In this document: positions 21,155-30,998 of the stretch, piece by piece
Layout: the number at the start of each line of letters is the position of its first letter
How positions within the stretch are numbered: the first letter of the stretch is position 1
Assembly (NCBI GenBank): GCA_041644975.1
Contig: JBAZQX010000008.1
Span: 334-64,333 of the forward strand
Source of the DNA: Candidatus Doudnabacteria bacterium
GTDB taxonomy: Bacteria; Patescibacteriota; JAQUNI01
DNA: 64,000 bases
Direction of reading: 5' to 3'
Notes under the pieces: generated by a model
Told to the model about the DNA's origin: nothing
Databases searched by the model: none
What the model saw: only the letters and a program-made list of their open reading frames with translations
Made by a program: the position numbers and the translations under genes

Positions 21155-22159
21155 ATGAATTCCACAATAGATAAAGCTAATATGTATAAAGTCCTGAAGG
21201 ACTTTCCTCTCCAATTTGGCAAAGCGCTAACCATTGCGGCAAAAGTAAAGGTGCCTAAAAAAAAGTATTCCAACATCATCATTGCCGGTATGGGCGGCTC
21301 TTCCCTGCCCGCGGCGATTATTGAAACCTATCTAGCTGACAAAATAAAAGCGCCAATTTTGATTTGCCAAAATTACTCTCTGCCCAAAGAAGAAAATACT
21401 AAAAGCCTTGTTTTTGCTTCTTCTTTTTCCGGCAATACGGAAGAAACCTTGAGTGTTTACAAAGAATGCCGACGCAAAAAAATCCAAATGATTGGCATTA
21501 CCACTGGCGGCGAGCTCGCTAAACTATGTCAAAAAGACAAGATGCCATTAATTTTAATTCCTAATGAAGGCATCCAACCCCGCTGCGGCACGGGCTATAT
21601 GTTCACAGGTATTTTAGCCGCGATGACGCGCGCCGGTCTCGCGCCCAACAAAACCAATGAAATCAAAGCGACCGCGGAAGCCTTAACTAAAATGACTTTT
21701 GAAGAAAACGCGAAACAAATTGCTCCTCAACTAAAAAGAAAACTTATAGTGGTGTACGCCAGCGAGCAATTCAAAGATATTGCCCGCATTTGGAAAATCA
21801 AATTCAATGAAAATTCCAAAGTCCTTGCCTTTTACAATTATTTCCCCGAATTAAATCATAATGAAACCGCGGGCTTTACCAATTTCAAAAAAGAAAATAT
21901 TCCGACTGTGATCATCATCCTGCGCAATAAAGCCGACCACCCGCGCATCTTGAAACGGATGGACATCACGGGCGAGATTATCCGCGAAAAGGGTGGGGAA
22001 GTAATCAACATTGGGATGCCCGAAGGCAACCCCTTAACCCAAATCTTCGGCGCCCTCTACTTCGGCGACTTTTTAAGCTACTACCTCGCGTTGGAGTATG
22101 AAACCGATCCCTCTCCAGTGGAGGTGGTGGAGTATTTGAAGAAAAAATTGAAGGAATAA
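21155..22159 (+). CDS. Bifunctional phosphoglucose/phosphomannose isomerase (SIS family)
   Basis: GMGGS, SSFSGNTEETL, QPR, WKIKFNENSK, PELNHNE. Confidence 0.92.
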   Translation: MNSTIDKANMYKVLKDFPLQFGKALTIAAKVKVPKKKYSNIIIAGMGGSSLPAAIIETYLADKIKAPILICQNYSLPKEENTKSLVFASSFSGNTEETLSVYKECRRKKIQMIGITTGGELAKLCQKDKMPLILIPNEGIQPRCGTGYMFTGILAAMTRAGLAPNKTNEIKATAEALTKMTFEENAKQIAPQLKRKLIVVYASEQFKDIARIWKIKFNENSKVLAFYNYFPELNHNETAGFTNFKKENIPTVIIILRNKADHPRILKRMDITGEIIREKGGEVINIGMPEGNPLTQIFGALYFGDFLSYYLALEYETDPSPVEVVEYLKKKLKE

Positions 22160-22207
22160 ATTAAAATCTGAACCAAATAAAAATATTTGAGTATTAAAAA
22201 CAAAAAT

Positions 22208-22363
22208 ATGGATGTGCAATACACCCCCAACGGCCCCGAAGGCCAGTGCTGTGTTGATTGCGCTAACTTCCAAGTGAATGCCGAAGACGCCGGAAAAGGA
22301 ATGTGTTTCGGGCACGAAGTAGACGCGAACGGCAACTGTAATTTTTTCAAAAAAAAGGAATAA
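22208..22363 (+). CDS. Small Cys-rich protein, HiPIP-like (51 aa; absent from the ORF track)
   Basis: MDVQYTPNGPEGQCCVDCANFQ...GKGMCFGHEVDANGNCNFFKKKE; Cys spacing CxxC-x14-C-x10-C. Confidence 0.6.
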   Translation: MDVQYTPNGPEGQCCVDCANFQVNAEDAGKGMCFGHEVDANGNCNFFKKKE

Positions 22364-22523
22364 AGAAGAACTTAACTCCCACCCCCTCTTGCCTCCCCCT
22401 CGGGCAGGGGGAGTGTAAATTTTCCTCCCCTTAGCAAGGGGAGGTTAGGCTTACCCCGTACCTTCTATGGTACTAGGAAGGGATCTAATCTAAAATTACT
22501 TTAGGAAGGGAAGGTTATAAAAA

Positions 22524-23691
22524 GTGCGCCAGTACAAAATTGAATTAAGCATCATTTTTATTCTGATATTCTTCTGGGAGGCGGAATTTTTTATTTTGGA
22601 TATTTTGCCACGACTGGCTGCCCAAGCCGCTAGCCCCCAAGAAGTTGTGATTAACGAAATTGCTTGGATGGGAACAAAAGCTTCTTATAATGATGAGTGG
22701 GTTGAACTTTTTAACAACACGAACCAAGACATCAATCTTAAGGGCTGGCTTTTAAAAGCCCAAGATGGCGCGCCTGTAATTAATCTTTCTAATACCATTC
22801 CAGCCCAAAGCTATTATCTTCTAGAAAGAACCGCCGACAGCACGGTGAGTGATGTTACTGCGGATTTAATTTACACCGGCGCTCTGGCTAATACTGGTGA
22901 AAATCTGATTCTGCAAGATGACCAAGGAACAGTGGTGGATCAATTAGACAATGGCGCCGGTTGGTTTGCCGGCGACAATGACACAAAAGCAACGATGGAG
23001 CGTAGAGATAATCAAGGCAAAACTAATCTGGCCGCAAATTGGGCAAACAATGATCAGAAAATTTTTAATAGTAAAGACGCTGCTGGGAATTCTATCTTTG
23101 GTACCCCCAAACAGAAAAACAGCGTGAGTTACCCCAAAGAAGAAGAACCACCATCAGAAGAAAATTCAAACCAAGATACTGCCCCTGCGATCAATTTCAT
23201 TCTAATCAATGAACTTCTTCCTGATCCAGTAGGCGATGATCACGAAGGTGAATATGTTGAACTTTTCAATAACAGTGATACCACAGCCGATATTTCACTC
23301 TGGGAACTCAAGGATGAAACCAAAAAAGAAAAAGGGCAATCCGGTTTCGTGATTGAAGCAGGCACAACCATGCCCGCTTTTTCTTATCTTATTTTTTATA
23401 CAGGCAAAAAGACTTCCCTCAACAATGACGGCGACACAGTCTACCTCTATGATTCCGGTCAGGCTTTAAAAGACCAGAGAGTTTATACTGGTAAAATACC
23501 AGAAGGCGCATCTTACAATCGCCAAACTGATAACACTTGGGCTTGGAGCACAACCACAACGCCGGGCTTGCAAAATATCATTACCACGAAAGATAACTCT
23601 ACGAATGCAATACCGAATAAATCCTATCCCCGCCACATCTGGATCAATGAATTTTTGCCTAATCCCAAAGGCAAGGACGCGGAAAATGAAT
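22524..23691 (+). pseudogene. 5' part of a lamin-tail-domain (LTD) repeat surface protein, interrupted by the integrated element
   Basis: Signal-like N-terminus; LTD repeats VVINEIAW..EWVELFN and INELLPDP..EYVELFN; third repeat breaks at NEFLPNPKGKDAENE. Confidence 0.88.
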
Positions 23692-24151
23692 GGACTGTCC
23701 CCACAAACAAACTAAGACATTCAGCATATTTATAACCACCCATATCCTTCCGAGAGAAGAAATCCATAGAAGGGTTAAAACCTACCAGAATTTCTTAAAT
23801 GATGATGGAACTCCAAAATCGAGAAATAGGCATCCAATTAAAGGAAGTTATACATTAAAATATTACCGAGACAAGATATCCAACGAAGAAATTAAAAGGA
23901 AATTTGACGAAATAAGGAAACGCCTGAAAGGTAGTAACCCCTTAATTCAAGAAGAATATACTAGACGGAGGCTAACTTATTGGATTGCTAACCGCCGTCT
24001 TTACACTTTAGAACCCCACAGAAAAACATTGTATTTAAAAATAACTAGAGCAAAAGAGATGAAAGGATTTAGGAGGCATTCTGACCATAATAAAACATAC
24101 TTCCTAATTAAAAATGGCTCTAACGTCAAAAAGATTTTAGCCCAACTTTAA
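23690..24151 (+). CDS. 153-aa ORF starting at attL; predicted C-terminal extension of the recombinase in the excised circle; C-terminal half resembles DUF5655/YjbR-like domains
   Basis: Its ATG overlaps the GAAT core and is in frame with recombinase codons R554-R555 after circularisation. Confidence 0.65.
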   Translation: MDCPHKQTKTFSIFITTHILPREEIHRRVKTYQNFLNDDGTPKSRNRHPIKGSYTLKYYRDKISNEEIKRKFDEIRKRLKGSNPLIQEEYTRRRLTYWIANRRLYTLEPHRKTLYLKITRAKEMKGFRRHSDHNKTYFLIKNGSNVKKILAQL

Positions 24152-24373
24152 GTGGAGTATTACTAAGGATATGTTTAATAAAAAGCTAAAAGAGTATAAG
24201 GAAAATCAGGCAGAAATAGAAGCAAGAATGCAAAGCTACACCGATATCGACAAAAGCTTTTATTTAACTGCAAATATGGTCTTAAATCTCGCTCAAAGAG
24301 CTTAAGTACTCTTCCAAAGTTCTGAAGTAGAAAAAAAACGGCAACTTTTAAATTCTTTATTTTAGAACCTTGA

Positions 24374-24980
24374 ATGAATTACCCAACCGCAGCAGAGCTG
24401 CGGGGTATCTAAATTTTAAACAACCTTAGTTGATGTGATTGAGCTTTTTCCATGTGGTCGCCCTGTTCTCTAATATATTTTTTAACAACCTCTTCACTGG
24501 CTTGGTCTCCAACTGTTCCAATATATCCTCCGTCACTCCAAAACTCGCCTCCCCAGAGCATTTTTCTCAATTCAGGAAAAGATTTAAACATCTGTTTGGC
24601 GGAAATACTCTTGATCGCCTGCATTATTACCGATGGTGAATGGCGGGGCGCAGTCCCGACAAAAATATGAACATGGTCTCCATCTGTTCCGATTTCGTCT
24701 ATTTCATACCAATATCTTTCGCCAATCTCCTTAAAAACTTTTTTTAATCTTTCCAAACGGTCTTGCGGTTCTAATAACTTTTTCCGATATTTTACGCACA
24801 TTACCATGTGATAACGTATTTTATAGCTGCAGTGGCTAGCAAACTTTGTTTCCATACTTCCTTCGTCAGTATTTTCAATATACCACCATTCCTTCCTATG
24901 TCAGGATCTCCGATATATCACGTCCCACCGACCCAACCGCAGCAGAGCTGCGGGGTATATTAACCGCTAATCAATTTCAA
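24374..24980. mobile_element. IS200/IS605-family insertion sequence (tnpA only)
   Basis: Identical 28-bp hairpin acccaaccgcagcagagctgcggggtat at 24381 and 24931; ends in TTCAA, follows TTGA, no target duplication. Confidence 0.85.
24409..24855 (-). CDS. tnpA: IS200/IS605 Y1 (HUH) transposase
   Basis: YHMVMCVKYRK, DHVHIF (HUH), FWSDGGY, VKKYIREQ. Confidence 0.95.
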   Translation of the reverse strand: METKFASHCSYKIRYHMVMCVKYRKKLLEPQDRLERLKKVFKEIGERYWYEIDEIGTDGDHVHIFVGTAPRHSPSVIMQAIKSISAKQMFKSFPELRKMLWGGEFWSDGGYIGTVGDQASEEVVKKYIREQGDHMEKAQSHQLRLFKI

Positions 24981-25060
24981 ATTAAAAGGCAAAAAACTTT
25001 TATTTAAGCTAAAAACACCGTTTGATACGGTGCTTTTGGGCTAATAGGTGTTCTAATTTG

Positions 25061-25095
25061 CTCCGCGGGCTGGCGGCTGTTAGAACCTGTTTGAT
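25061..25095 (+). repeat. att-like direct repeat, copy 1
   Basis: 29/35 identical to 29502-29536, including an identical 17-mer gttagaacctgtttgat. Confidence 0.75.
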
Positions 25096-25101
25096 GGGAT
25101 A

Positions 25102-25683
25102 CTAAGATCTTTCAGCCAATATCTTTTCAACTACTTGTGCATTAAAAGCAATTACTAAACCACATAGTTTCTGTAGAGAATCAACCATGCCTATTCTAGA
25201 AAGAGCCTCAAACACATGTTGCGACTTTATAGCATCTAAACCCTTATAGCTCCCTGGTTTGTATTGATCAACATGGAGATACCCCTCGTTCATCCAGAGA
25301 TCAAGATTCCTTTTTACACTTAATTGATTCTTATCCATGTTCAACAACATTCCCCCAAAGGAGTCATAATTAGGATCAAGTAGTTTGTTCCAAGCAGATA
25401 AAAAATCTTTAGCTAACTTCCAATAAGAACTAAGCTCGGCTTCCTTCAAAATCGCTTCTACTATCGCTACAAAATAAAGCGCACTAATCTTCATATAAAA
25501 ATTTCTAAAATGCACTAAAACGGCAATTAAGGTTTCTTCGTTCACGCCAAAAAGTTTAACAACGGCCTTGCGGTTCTGCTCAAACTTTATTTCAGCCTTT
25601 ATATTCTGAAAAAAATGCATATGTTTTCCGAATTTCTTGGCTTGAATAGAAAACGCTTTGAGTTTTTCAATTAGTTTTTTCAT
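25102..25683 (-). CDS. Hypothetical protein (possibly HEPN-like), coupled to the upstream large gene
   Basis: 193 aa with a 4-nt ATGA overlap; RNLDLWMNEGYLH segment. Confidence 0.7.
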   Translation of the reverse strand: MKKLIEKLKAFSIQAKKFGKHMHFFQNIKAEIKFEQNRKAVVKLFGVNEETLIAVLVHFRNFYMKISALYFVAIVEAILKEAELSSYWKLAKDFLSAWNKLLDPNYDSFGGMLLNMDKNQLSVKRNLDLWMNEGYLHVDQYKPGSYKGLDAIKSQHVFEALSRIGMVDSLQKLCGLVIAFNAQVVEKILAERS

Positions 25684-28600
25684 AGCTTTCTATCCTGACG
25701 AATGCTATTAGGTAGGTTTTTAATAAAATCGTTGAGTAATTTTGATTCCATGAACCTTACCTTAGTCTCAACGGACGGAAATTTAGTCCACCAGAAACTT
25801 AGCTGGGTTACAAAAACCGAAATTACTCTTACTGGTTCACCTGGCTGTTGCCAACCAAGTTTTTTAATGATATCCCGCGATTTGCTTTCAATATAAATCT
25901 CTCTTCCTTCAACTCTCTGTAAATATCCTTCTTCAAAAGAACCATCTCTTCTATTTCTTCCAAATATTTTGCGTTGAATTCTTTGTATATCTTTAAGACA
26001 ATAAGCAGGATCGATTATTTTGGATTCAATATTCAAAAGAATATTTTTATCCTGCAGGTAAGCTAAAACATCAGAATCTCCTATGTCAGAAATGGAAGAA
26101 TCCAATTTATGAAAATATACATTCGGCTGACAAAAATTAGTAAATCTCTTTACCACTTCCACAATTTTATTAACCAATGACTCCTCGATGTCTTCGTGTC
26201 CTTTCTTGAGAATAGTAAAAACATTTAGAGCCTCGAGGTCAGCAGGTAATCTGTGACTAGAAAAAATCCCTGTCCATATACGAGCTGACCTTTCAACAGA
26301 ATACGGCCCCCAAAAATATTTTTCACCCACTCTCAATAAGGGTTTGATAGTATAGCGTGCAGCTCTTTTCCAATATTCCCAAACTGGCAAATCATTAGCA
26401 GAATTAACATCACCTATAACCTTAAGTGTATCCTCAGATTTCAAGGTTAAAAATTCAAGAATCTTTCCCGTTTCATCTGGATTAAAATCACGGACATTCT
26501 CGGAACACGTCTTTATAATTTCTTCTACCTCTGCACTATAATAAGCACTATCCGCAATCTTTTGATAACCAGCCCAGAAACTCATTACTTGCTGAACATT
26601 GATAAAATTCTTAAGACCAAAACTGAAATCCTTGCGAAATGCTTCATCTAATTCATCTAAATAAGATTCGATTGGAATGCGGCTGTCGGGTATATCGTTT
26701 TTATTACCAATAATACCAAGGTTAATTTGCGCCTGTTCTTTTCCATAATCTCCCTCCATTCTGGGCACATCGACTGTGTAGATTACAGAGGCTATAAAAT
26801 CATGGTTTATTTCAAGCTCGGCGGGATAAATCTCATAATGAAGTATGTCACTGGCCGTATACAAATTAAGTAGTCTATCTACTAATGCAAGTAGATTTTT
26901 TAATTCAGATATAGATAGTTCCTTTTCTTGTTTGGGAGATAATTGAACAAACTTCTCTATCAAGTATCTGAAATTCTTATGGTGATGTAAAAATTTTTGA
27001 TGACCCCGACTCAAGCTGCTCTCACGTTCGTAATCTACATCTTGATCAAGCGATTCTTTAACCTGATACTCTTTCATTTCGTATTCGTGTATTAAAGCAT
27101 CTGTTTTTTCAAGTAATAAGGGGATAGCTCGCTCAAAACTAAATTCAGCTACTATGCTATTGATTTTCCTCACTAATTTACCGATCAACTGATTAAGCTT
27201 TATTTTAGCTTCATCATGAGTGTATTTACCTGGACTAATATTAAGTTCATTCGCTAATTGGGCAACACTTTTGTCTGCAAGCTTGAAGTCCTTTTTTTCG
27301 GGGGAAATAGTTCTGATAGTTTCTGGGAAAGATACTTCCTTTTTTGCCAAGAATGTTTTGAATCTACTTTTTTTACTCTTTTCATCAGACAATTTTTGTT
27401 CAATCTTTTGTAAACCGCTATCTGCCCAAATAATATTTGTCTGATGTAGTACATCTAATAAGAGATTAACCTGCGCGGATCTGTCCTTTGCATCCTGTAA
27501 AACATGGAGAATTTTTTCATCGTCAAATATTACCCTGATCCCAAAGTCTCGTGACTTAAGTCGTGTAATATCCATTTGCCACATGCTTGCTTGAGAGATT
27601 AAATGCTCTAAATGTTTCAGTTCGTCTTTATTTTTCACTAACGAAGCGGGAGCAAACAATATTTGGATGCGATTTTTCTCATTTGCAAAATTTAATTTAC
27701 TGAGAACTTCTTGATATAACTCTAAAGAGTCTGTAATGCTTTGCATCATTAAATCGGTAATTTTACACTGCTCAAAACTCATTAGATGAATTGGAGAATT
27801 AACAAAGAAAACAGCTGAGCCTACAGTTTGGTGATATGCATACCCATGAAATCTCCTCGATTCTAGAACTTTACCTTGACTCTCTTCTGGAAATTTCCAG
27901 CTTCGTGGATGACCAAAAAAGTTGACCTCTGGGAATTTCTTCCAGAAATCAGAAAGTGATCTAAAACGGAAATCTGTTCCCCAATTTAAATCTAAGAATA
28001 AAGCATTAGGAGTTGAAGCTCCAGGGATAATCACGCTATAAGAGTCCCTAAATGATCCAAATTTATCGAGATACGAAGTTAAAGGAAGCATAAAGAATGA
28101 AAACCTTAACCCTTCAATATATTCCAGAAATTCGGCGAGCTCATTTGGATTTTTAAGCTCGTCTATTATGCCAGCCAGCTGATCTATGCCCAATACTTCC
28201 CCAGGCAATTCTTCGGGCACTTCAAGGCGGAACATTTCTGTTGTGCAATAAGGAATAGCAGTAAAAAAAACAGGTTTAAGTTTAACTCCCTCTTTCTTAG
28301 AATGGAACTCGATAATATCTTCTCTCGACCACACCATAAGACGGATGGGAGAATTTGAAAGCAACAATTCTGTTTCTTTTAAATCAGTGGCTATTTCTTT
28401 TAAATAATTATTCAGGCCCTCTTTATTTATAAAGGGCGGTACTACGTGAATTAAAAACAGCTTATCTTTTGAGCGGATAGCTGCTGCGAAGGTTATTTGA
28501 TGCGGTTTTTTATCTGGACGAAGAGGACTGACTAACCCAAAAGTTTCTTCTTCATCGCTTCGTTCCCGTATAAACTTGAAAAGCTCCACCTCAATAGCTC

Positions 28601-29450
28601 CCTCTGGGTGTTTGTGCTCATTCTTAATCTCTGTATAATGCTGTTGAAGAATTGTGCCCCACGTATCGTAGAGCACAAAAAGAAACTTCCTAGGCATCAC
28701 TGGATAATATTTTTCCCCATCCTTGATAAAAAAATAAAAGCAATTTTTTCCATCCATCGCCCGATTTAAAAACTGCTCCATTGTAACCCAAGGACGTGGT
28801 TCAATTCTTGCAAGATCACAACTATAATTATCAAATAATCCTCGGTCAAATTCTTTTCCTGATAAGAAGTTGGAAATGAATGTATTTGCTTTCCCCCAAA
28901 ACTCCTCCAATGGAATACTTATATCACCAGGTCTCACTTCTAGCTTTTGTTGGTTTGTTTGGTCAAGATTAGTAATGATATAATGCTGAAGGTTTAAACA
29001 GAATTTAAGTTCGGTCAGCGGTGAACGATGAATTATTTTTGAGTAATCTTCCTCAAATCCGCCGTGAATTATTTCAAATCCATAATAAAAGTCATATGGA
29101 TTAGATAAGCTGGCACCGTAAAAAATTTTGTAGAATCTATCTTTAAAAAAATATTTAATTTCGCCCCAATCTGTTTCTGGTATATAGTCCTCTAACATTG
29201 AAAAGGATGGTAACAAATCAAAAAGGCTTCTGCAAAGAGATTCAAAATCTTTATATGATTTAATCTTATTTTCCTTCTGTAGGTCTTTATAAACAGATTC
29301 TAAGGCCGAATATAAATACTCTATTTTTATAGGGCTGGCTACATTAGGTAACCACAGGTTTATAACAAAAAAAGACCTTAATAAATCGTCAAGGCTACAA
29401 CTTACAAGTAATTCTTTTAATTTTTGGGTATTTTGTTGATCTGATGTCAT
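25680..29450 (-). CDS. Large hypothetical protein with a C-terminal PD-(D/E)xK-like nuclease motif
   Basis: 1256-aa ORF; GDSDVLAY...LLNIESK near the C-terminus. Confidence 0.75.
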   Translation of the reverse strand: MTSDQQNTQKLKELLVSCSLDDLLRSFFVINLWLPNVASPIKIEYLYSALESVYKDLQKENKIKSYKDFESLCRSLFDLLPSFSMLEDYIPETDWGEIKYFFKDRFYKIFYGASLSNPYDFYYGFEIIHGGFEEDYSKIIHRSPLTELKFCLNLQHYIITNLDQTNQQKLEVRPGDISIPLEEFWGKANTFISNFLSGKEFDRGLFDNYSCDLARIEPRPWVTMEQFLNRAMDGKNCFYFFIKDGEKYYPVMPRKFLFVLYDTWGTILQQHYTEIKNEHKHPEGAIEVELFKFIRERSDEEETFGLVSPLRPDKKPHQITFAAAIRSKDKLFLIHVVPPFINKEGLNNYLKEIATDLKETELLLSNSPIRLMVWSREDIIEFHSKKEGVKLKPVFFTAIPYCTTEMFRLEVPEELPGEVLGIDQLAGIIDELKNPNELAEFLEYIEGLRFSFFMLPLTSYLDKFGSFRDSYSVIIPGASTPNALFLDLNWGTDFRFRSLSDFWKKFPEVNFFGHPRSWKFPEESQGKVLESRRFHGYAYHQTVGSAVFFVNSPIHLMSFEQCKITDLMMQSITDSLELYQEVLSKLNFANEKNRIQILFAPASLVKNKDELKHLEHLISQASMWQMDITRLKSRDFGIRVIFDDEKILHVLQDAKDRSAQVNLLLDVLHQTNIIWADSGLQKIEQKLSDEKSKKSRFKTFLAKKEVSFPETIRTISPEKKDFKLADKSVAQLANELNISPGKYTHDEAKIKLNQLIGKLVRKINSIVAEFSFERAIPLLLEKTDALIHEYEMKEYQVKESLDQDVDYERESSLSRGHQKFLHHHKNFRYLIEKFVQLSPKQEKELSISELKNLLALVDRLLNLYTASDILHYEIYPAELEINHDFIASVIYTVDVPRMEGDYGKEQAQINLGIIGNKNDIPDSRIPIESYLDELDEAFRKDFSFGLKNFINVQQVMSFWAGYQKIADSAYYSAEVEEIIKTCSENVRDFNPDETGKILEFLTLKSEDTLKVIGDVNSANDLPVWEYWKRAARYTIKPLLRVGEKYFWGPYSVERSARIWTGIFSSHRLPADLEALNVFTILKKGHEDIEESLVNKIVEVVKRFTNFCQPNVYFHKLDSSISDIGDSDVLAYLQDKNILLNIESKIIDPAYCLKDIQRIQRKIFGRNRRDGSFEEGYLQRVEGREIYIESKSRDIIKKLGWQQPGEPVRVISVFVTQLSFWWTKFPSVETKVRFMESKLLNDFIKNLPNSIRQDRKL

Positions 29451-29501
29451 GATATAAAAACAAAAATATTATTCTATTTGGCTTTCAACGATTTTTATCT
29501 C

Positions 29502-29536
29502 CTCCGCAGACTGGACGAAGTTAGAACCTGTTTGAT
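29502..29536 (+). repeat. att-like direct repeat, copy 2
   Basis: ctccgcagactggacgaagttagaacctgtttgat. Confidence 0.75.
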
Positions 29537-29690
29537 AAGTTCATTATAGCGTAAAAAAGAATCATTCCAAATCACCTGATATCTCGGGTATACCCTACCC
29601 TGCTACTCACTATATCTTGGAAATAAAAAAGAGGTCAAGTTTCAAGACCTGACCCCTATTTTCCTATCAGACATCTTTATTTAAACTAAT

Positions 29691-30218
29691 TTATTTCTTT
29701 CTCCCTGAAAGACCTTTATTCTCTTTTACCAAGAAAACATAAAAGTAATCTCTCCCCGCTTCATCTTGAATAATCCTTGCCTTTAATTTACCTTCCCTCA
29801 TCATCTTATTTGCGGTTGCTGGATTAATGTCAAACTCACTTTTTAACTCCCACATCGCATACCAGCTATCTCTATTCTTACAGACATATTTTGGAACTAC
29901 TCCTTTATTTATTGCCTTCTGGCAAATTAAACATTTCGGACCAAGCTCATCATACCAACTCTCTTTACCTGTGACCTGTCTATGGCAGATTAAACAATTA
30001 TAAATACCGTCTTCTAAATGAAAACCCCCTGGATGTTCTTTTAATTTCCTCTTTTTTATTGCTTCTTTTCTGGCACATTCATATAAAAGTTCGACAAAGT
30101 TTAAAAGATTATTTGCCATCTCATAAGCTTCTTGATCTGATAATTCCTTGCCAGTTTTCTTTTTATAAATTCCCTTGAATTCCTCGAGTGCTTTTTTTGA
30201 TGGTTGCATATTATACAA
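29691..30218 (-). CDS. Hypothetical protein with two CxxC motifs and a C-terminal HTH-like segment
   Basis: CLIC...CLIC; WELKSEFDINPATANKMMREGKLKARI. Confidence 0.75.
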   Translation of the reverse strand: MYNMQPSKKALEEFKGIYKKKTGKELSDQEAYEMANNLLNFVELLYECARKEAIKKRKLKEHPGGFHLEDGIYNCLICHRQVTGKESWYDELGPKCLICQKAINKGVVPKYVCKNRDSWYAMWELKSEFDINPATANKMMREGKLKARIIQDEAGRDYFYVFLVKENKGLSGRKK

Positions 30219-30437
30219 TTTTATTTTAAAGATGTAATGAAAAATGTAATCAAAATATCAGAGAGATATTTTAAAACTTTTATAAACCAAAAACAAACTG
30301 AACACAACTAAAAAATGGCTAAGCGAATTTCAAAACCAAATTGCTACCACTCCCCTGCACGGATTTATTAAAGATATTGAAAAAAGCCTTGAAGAATTTA
30401 AAGTATTTAAACTTAACAAATGAGGCAGGTTATCCAC

Positions 30438-30466
30438 TTGCATTGTAAAGAATTGTAAAGTATAAT
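30438..30466 (+). promoter_or_regulatory. Sigma70 promoter with a tandem ATTGTAAAG repeat (possible operator)
   Basis: TTGCAT-17 nt-TATAAT; two ATTGTAAAG copies span the spacer; drives the HTH/RM operon. Confidence 0.65.
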
Positions 30467-30493
30467 TAAAGTGTAATTCATTTAACTAACAAT

Positions 30494-30805
30494 GTGACTT
30501 TACAAGAAGCCGTCGAGGAAGTTATAAGTCAAAACAGAAAGGCAAAATATACACCTACGAGATTTATTGAAATGACGAAAAACGGCGAAGCTGAAAATTT
30601 AAAAGAAGTTATAAGCGGATTAGTATTAAACCCTGAAGTTAAAGAAAAAATTTTCATTACCATGGAGAAATATAAAGGCAAACCAATATTTATCGAAGAA
30701 TTTATTTCAATGTATTATTTTGACCTATCTAAAGAAGTGGTTAAAGAAGCAATGCAAAGAACAAAAGAAATTCAACAATCAAGACTTTTTTATAATCTTA
30801 ATTGA
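30494..30805 (+). CDS. Hypothetical protein
   Basis: 103-aa ORF just after the promoter. Confidence 0.65.
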   Translation: MTLQEAVEEVISQNRKAKYTPTRFIEMTKNGEAENLKEVISGLVLNPEVKEKIFITMEKYKGKPIFIEEFISMYYFDLSKEVVKEAMQRTKEIQQSRLFYNLN

Positions 30806-30811
30806 AAAACG

Positions 30812-30994
30812 ATGGCGAAGGATATTAAAGAATTTTATACAGCCAAAGAGTTGGCTGATAAGCTAAGGGTGAATATTATGACAATATACCGCTATATTAA
30901 AGCGGGGAAATTAAAAGCCTACAAAATAGGCAAAGAGTTTAGGATTGAGAAAAAAGAATTTAATAAATTTCTAAGAAAAGCAAGCACAAAATAA
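30812..30994 (+). CDS. Excisionase-like (MerR/HTH_17) DNA-binding protein
   Basis: YTAKELADKLRVNIMTIYRYIKAGKLKAYKIGKEFRI. Confidence 0.9.
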   Translation: MAKDIKEFYTAKELADKLRVNIMTIYRYIKAGKLKAYKIGKEFRIEKKEFNKFLRKASTK

Positions 30995-30998
30995 TCCT

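Larger units (their letters stand above)
24156..25095 (+). pseudogene. C-terminal relic of a second serine recombinase, split by the IS
   Basis: Translates as MFNKKLKEY...FYLTANMVLNLAQRA*VLFQSSEVEKKRQLL, then NLELKGKKLLFKLKTPFDTVL once the IS is removed; contains a stop and frameshifts. Confidence 0.7.

Noticed and set aside
30430-30438. DnaA-box-like TTATCCAC as an origin
   Set aside because: Single copy inside a mobile element, with no box cluster or dnaA nearby
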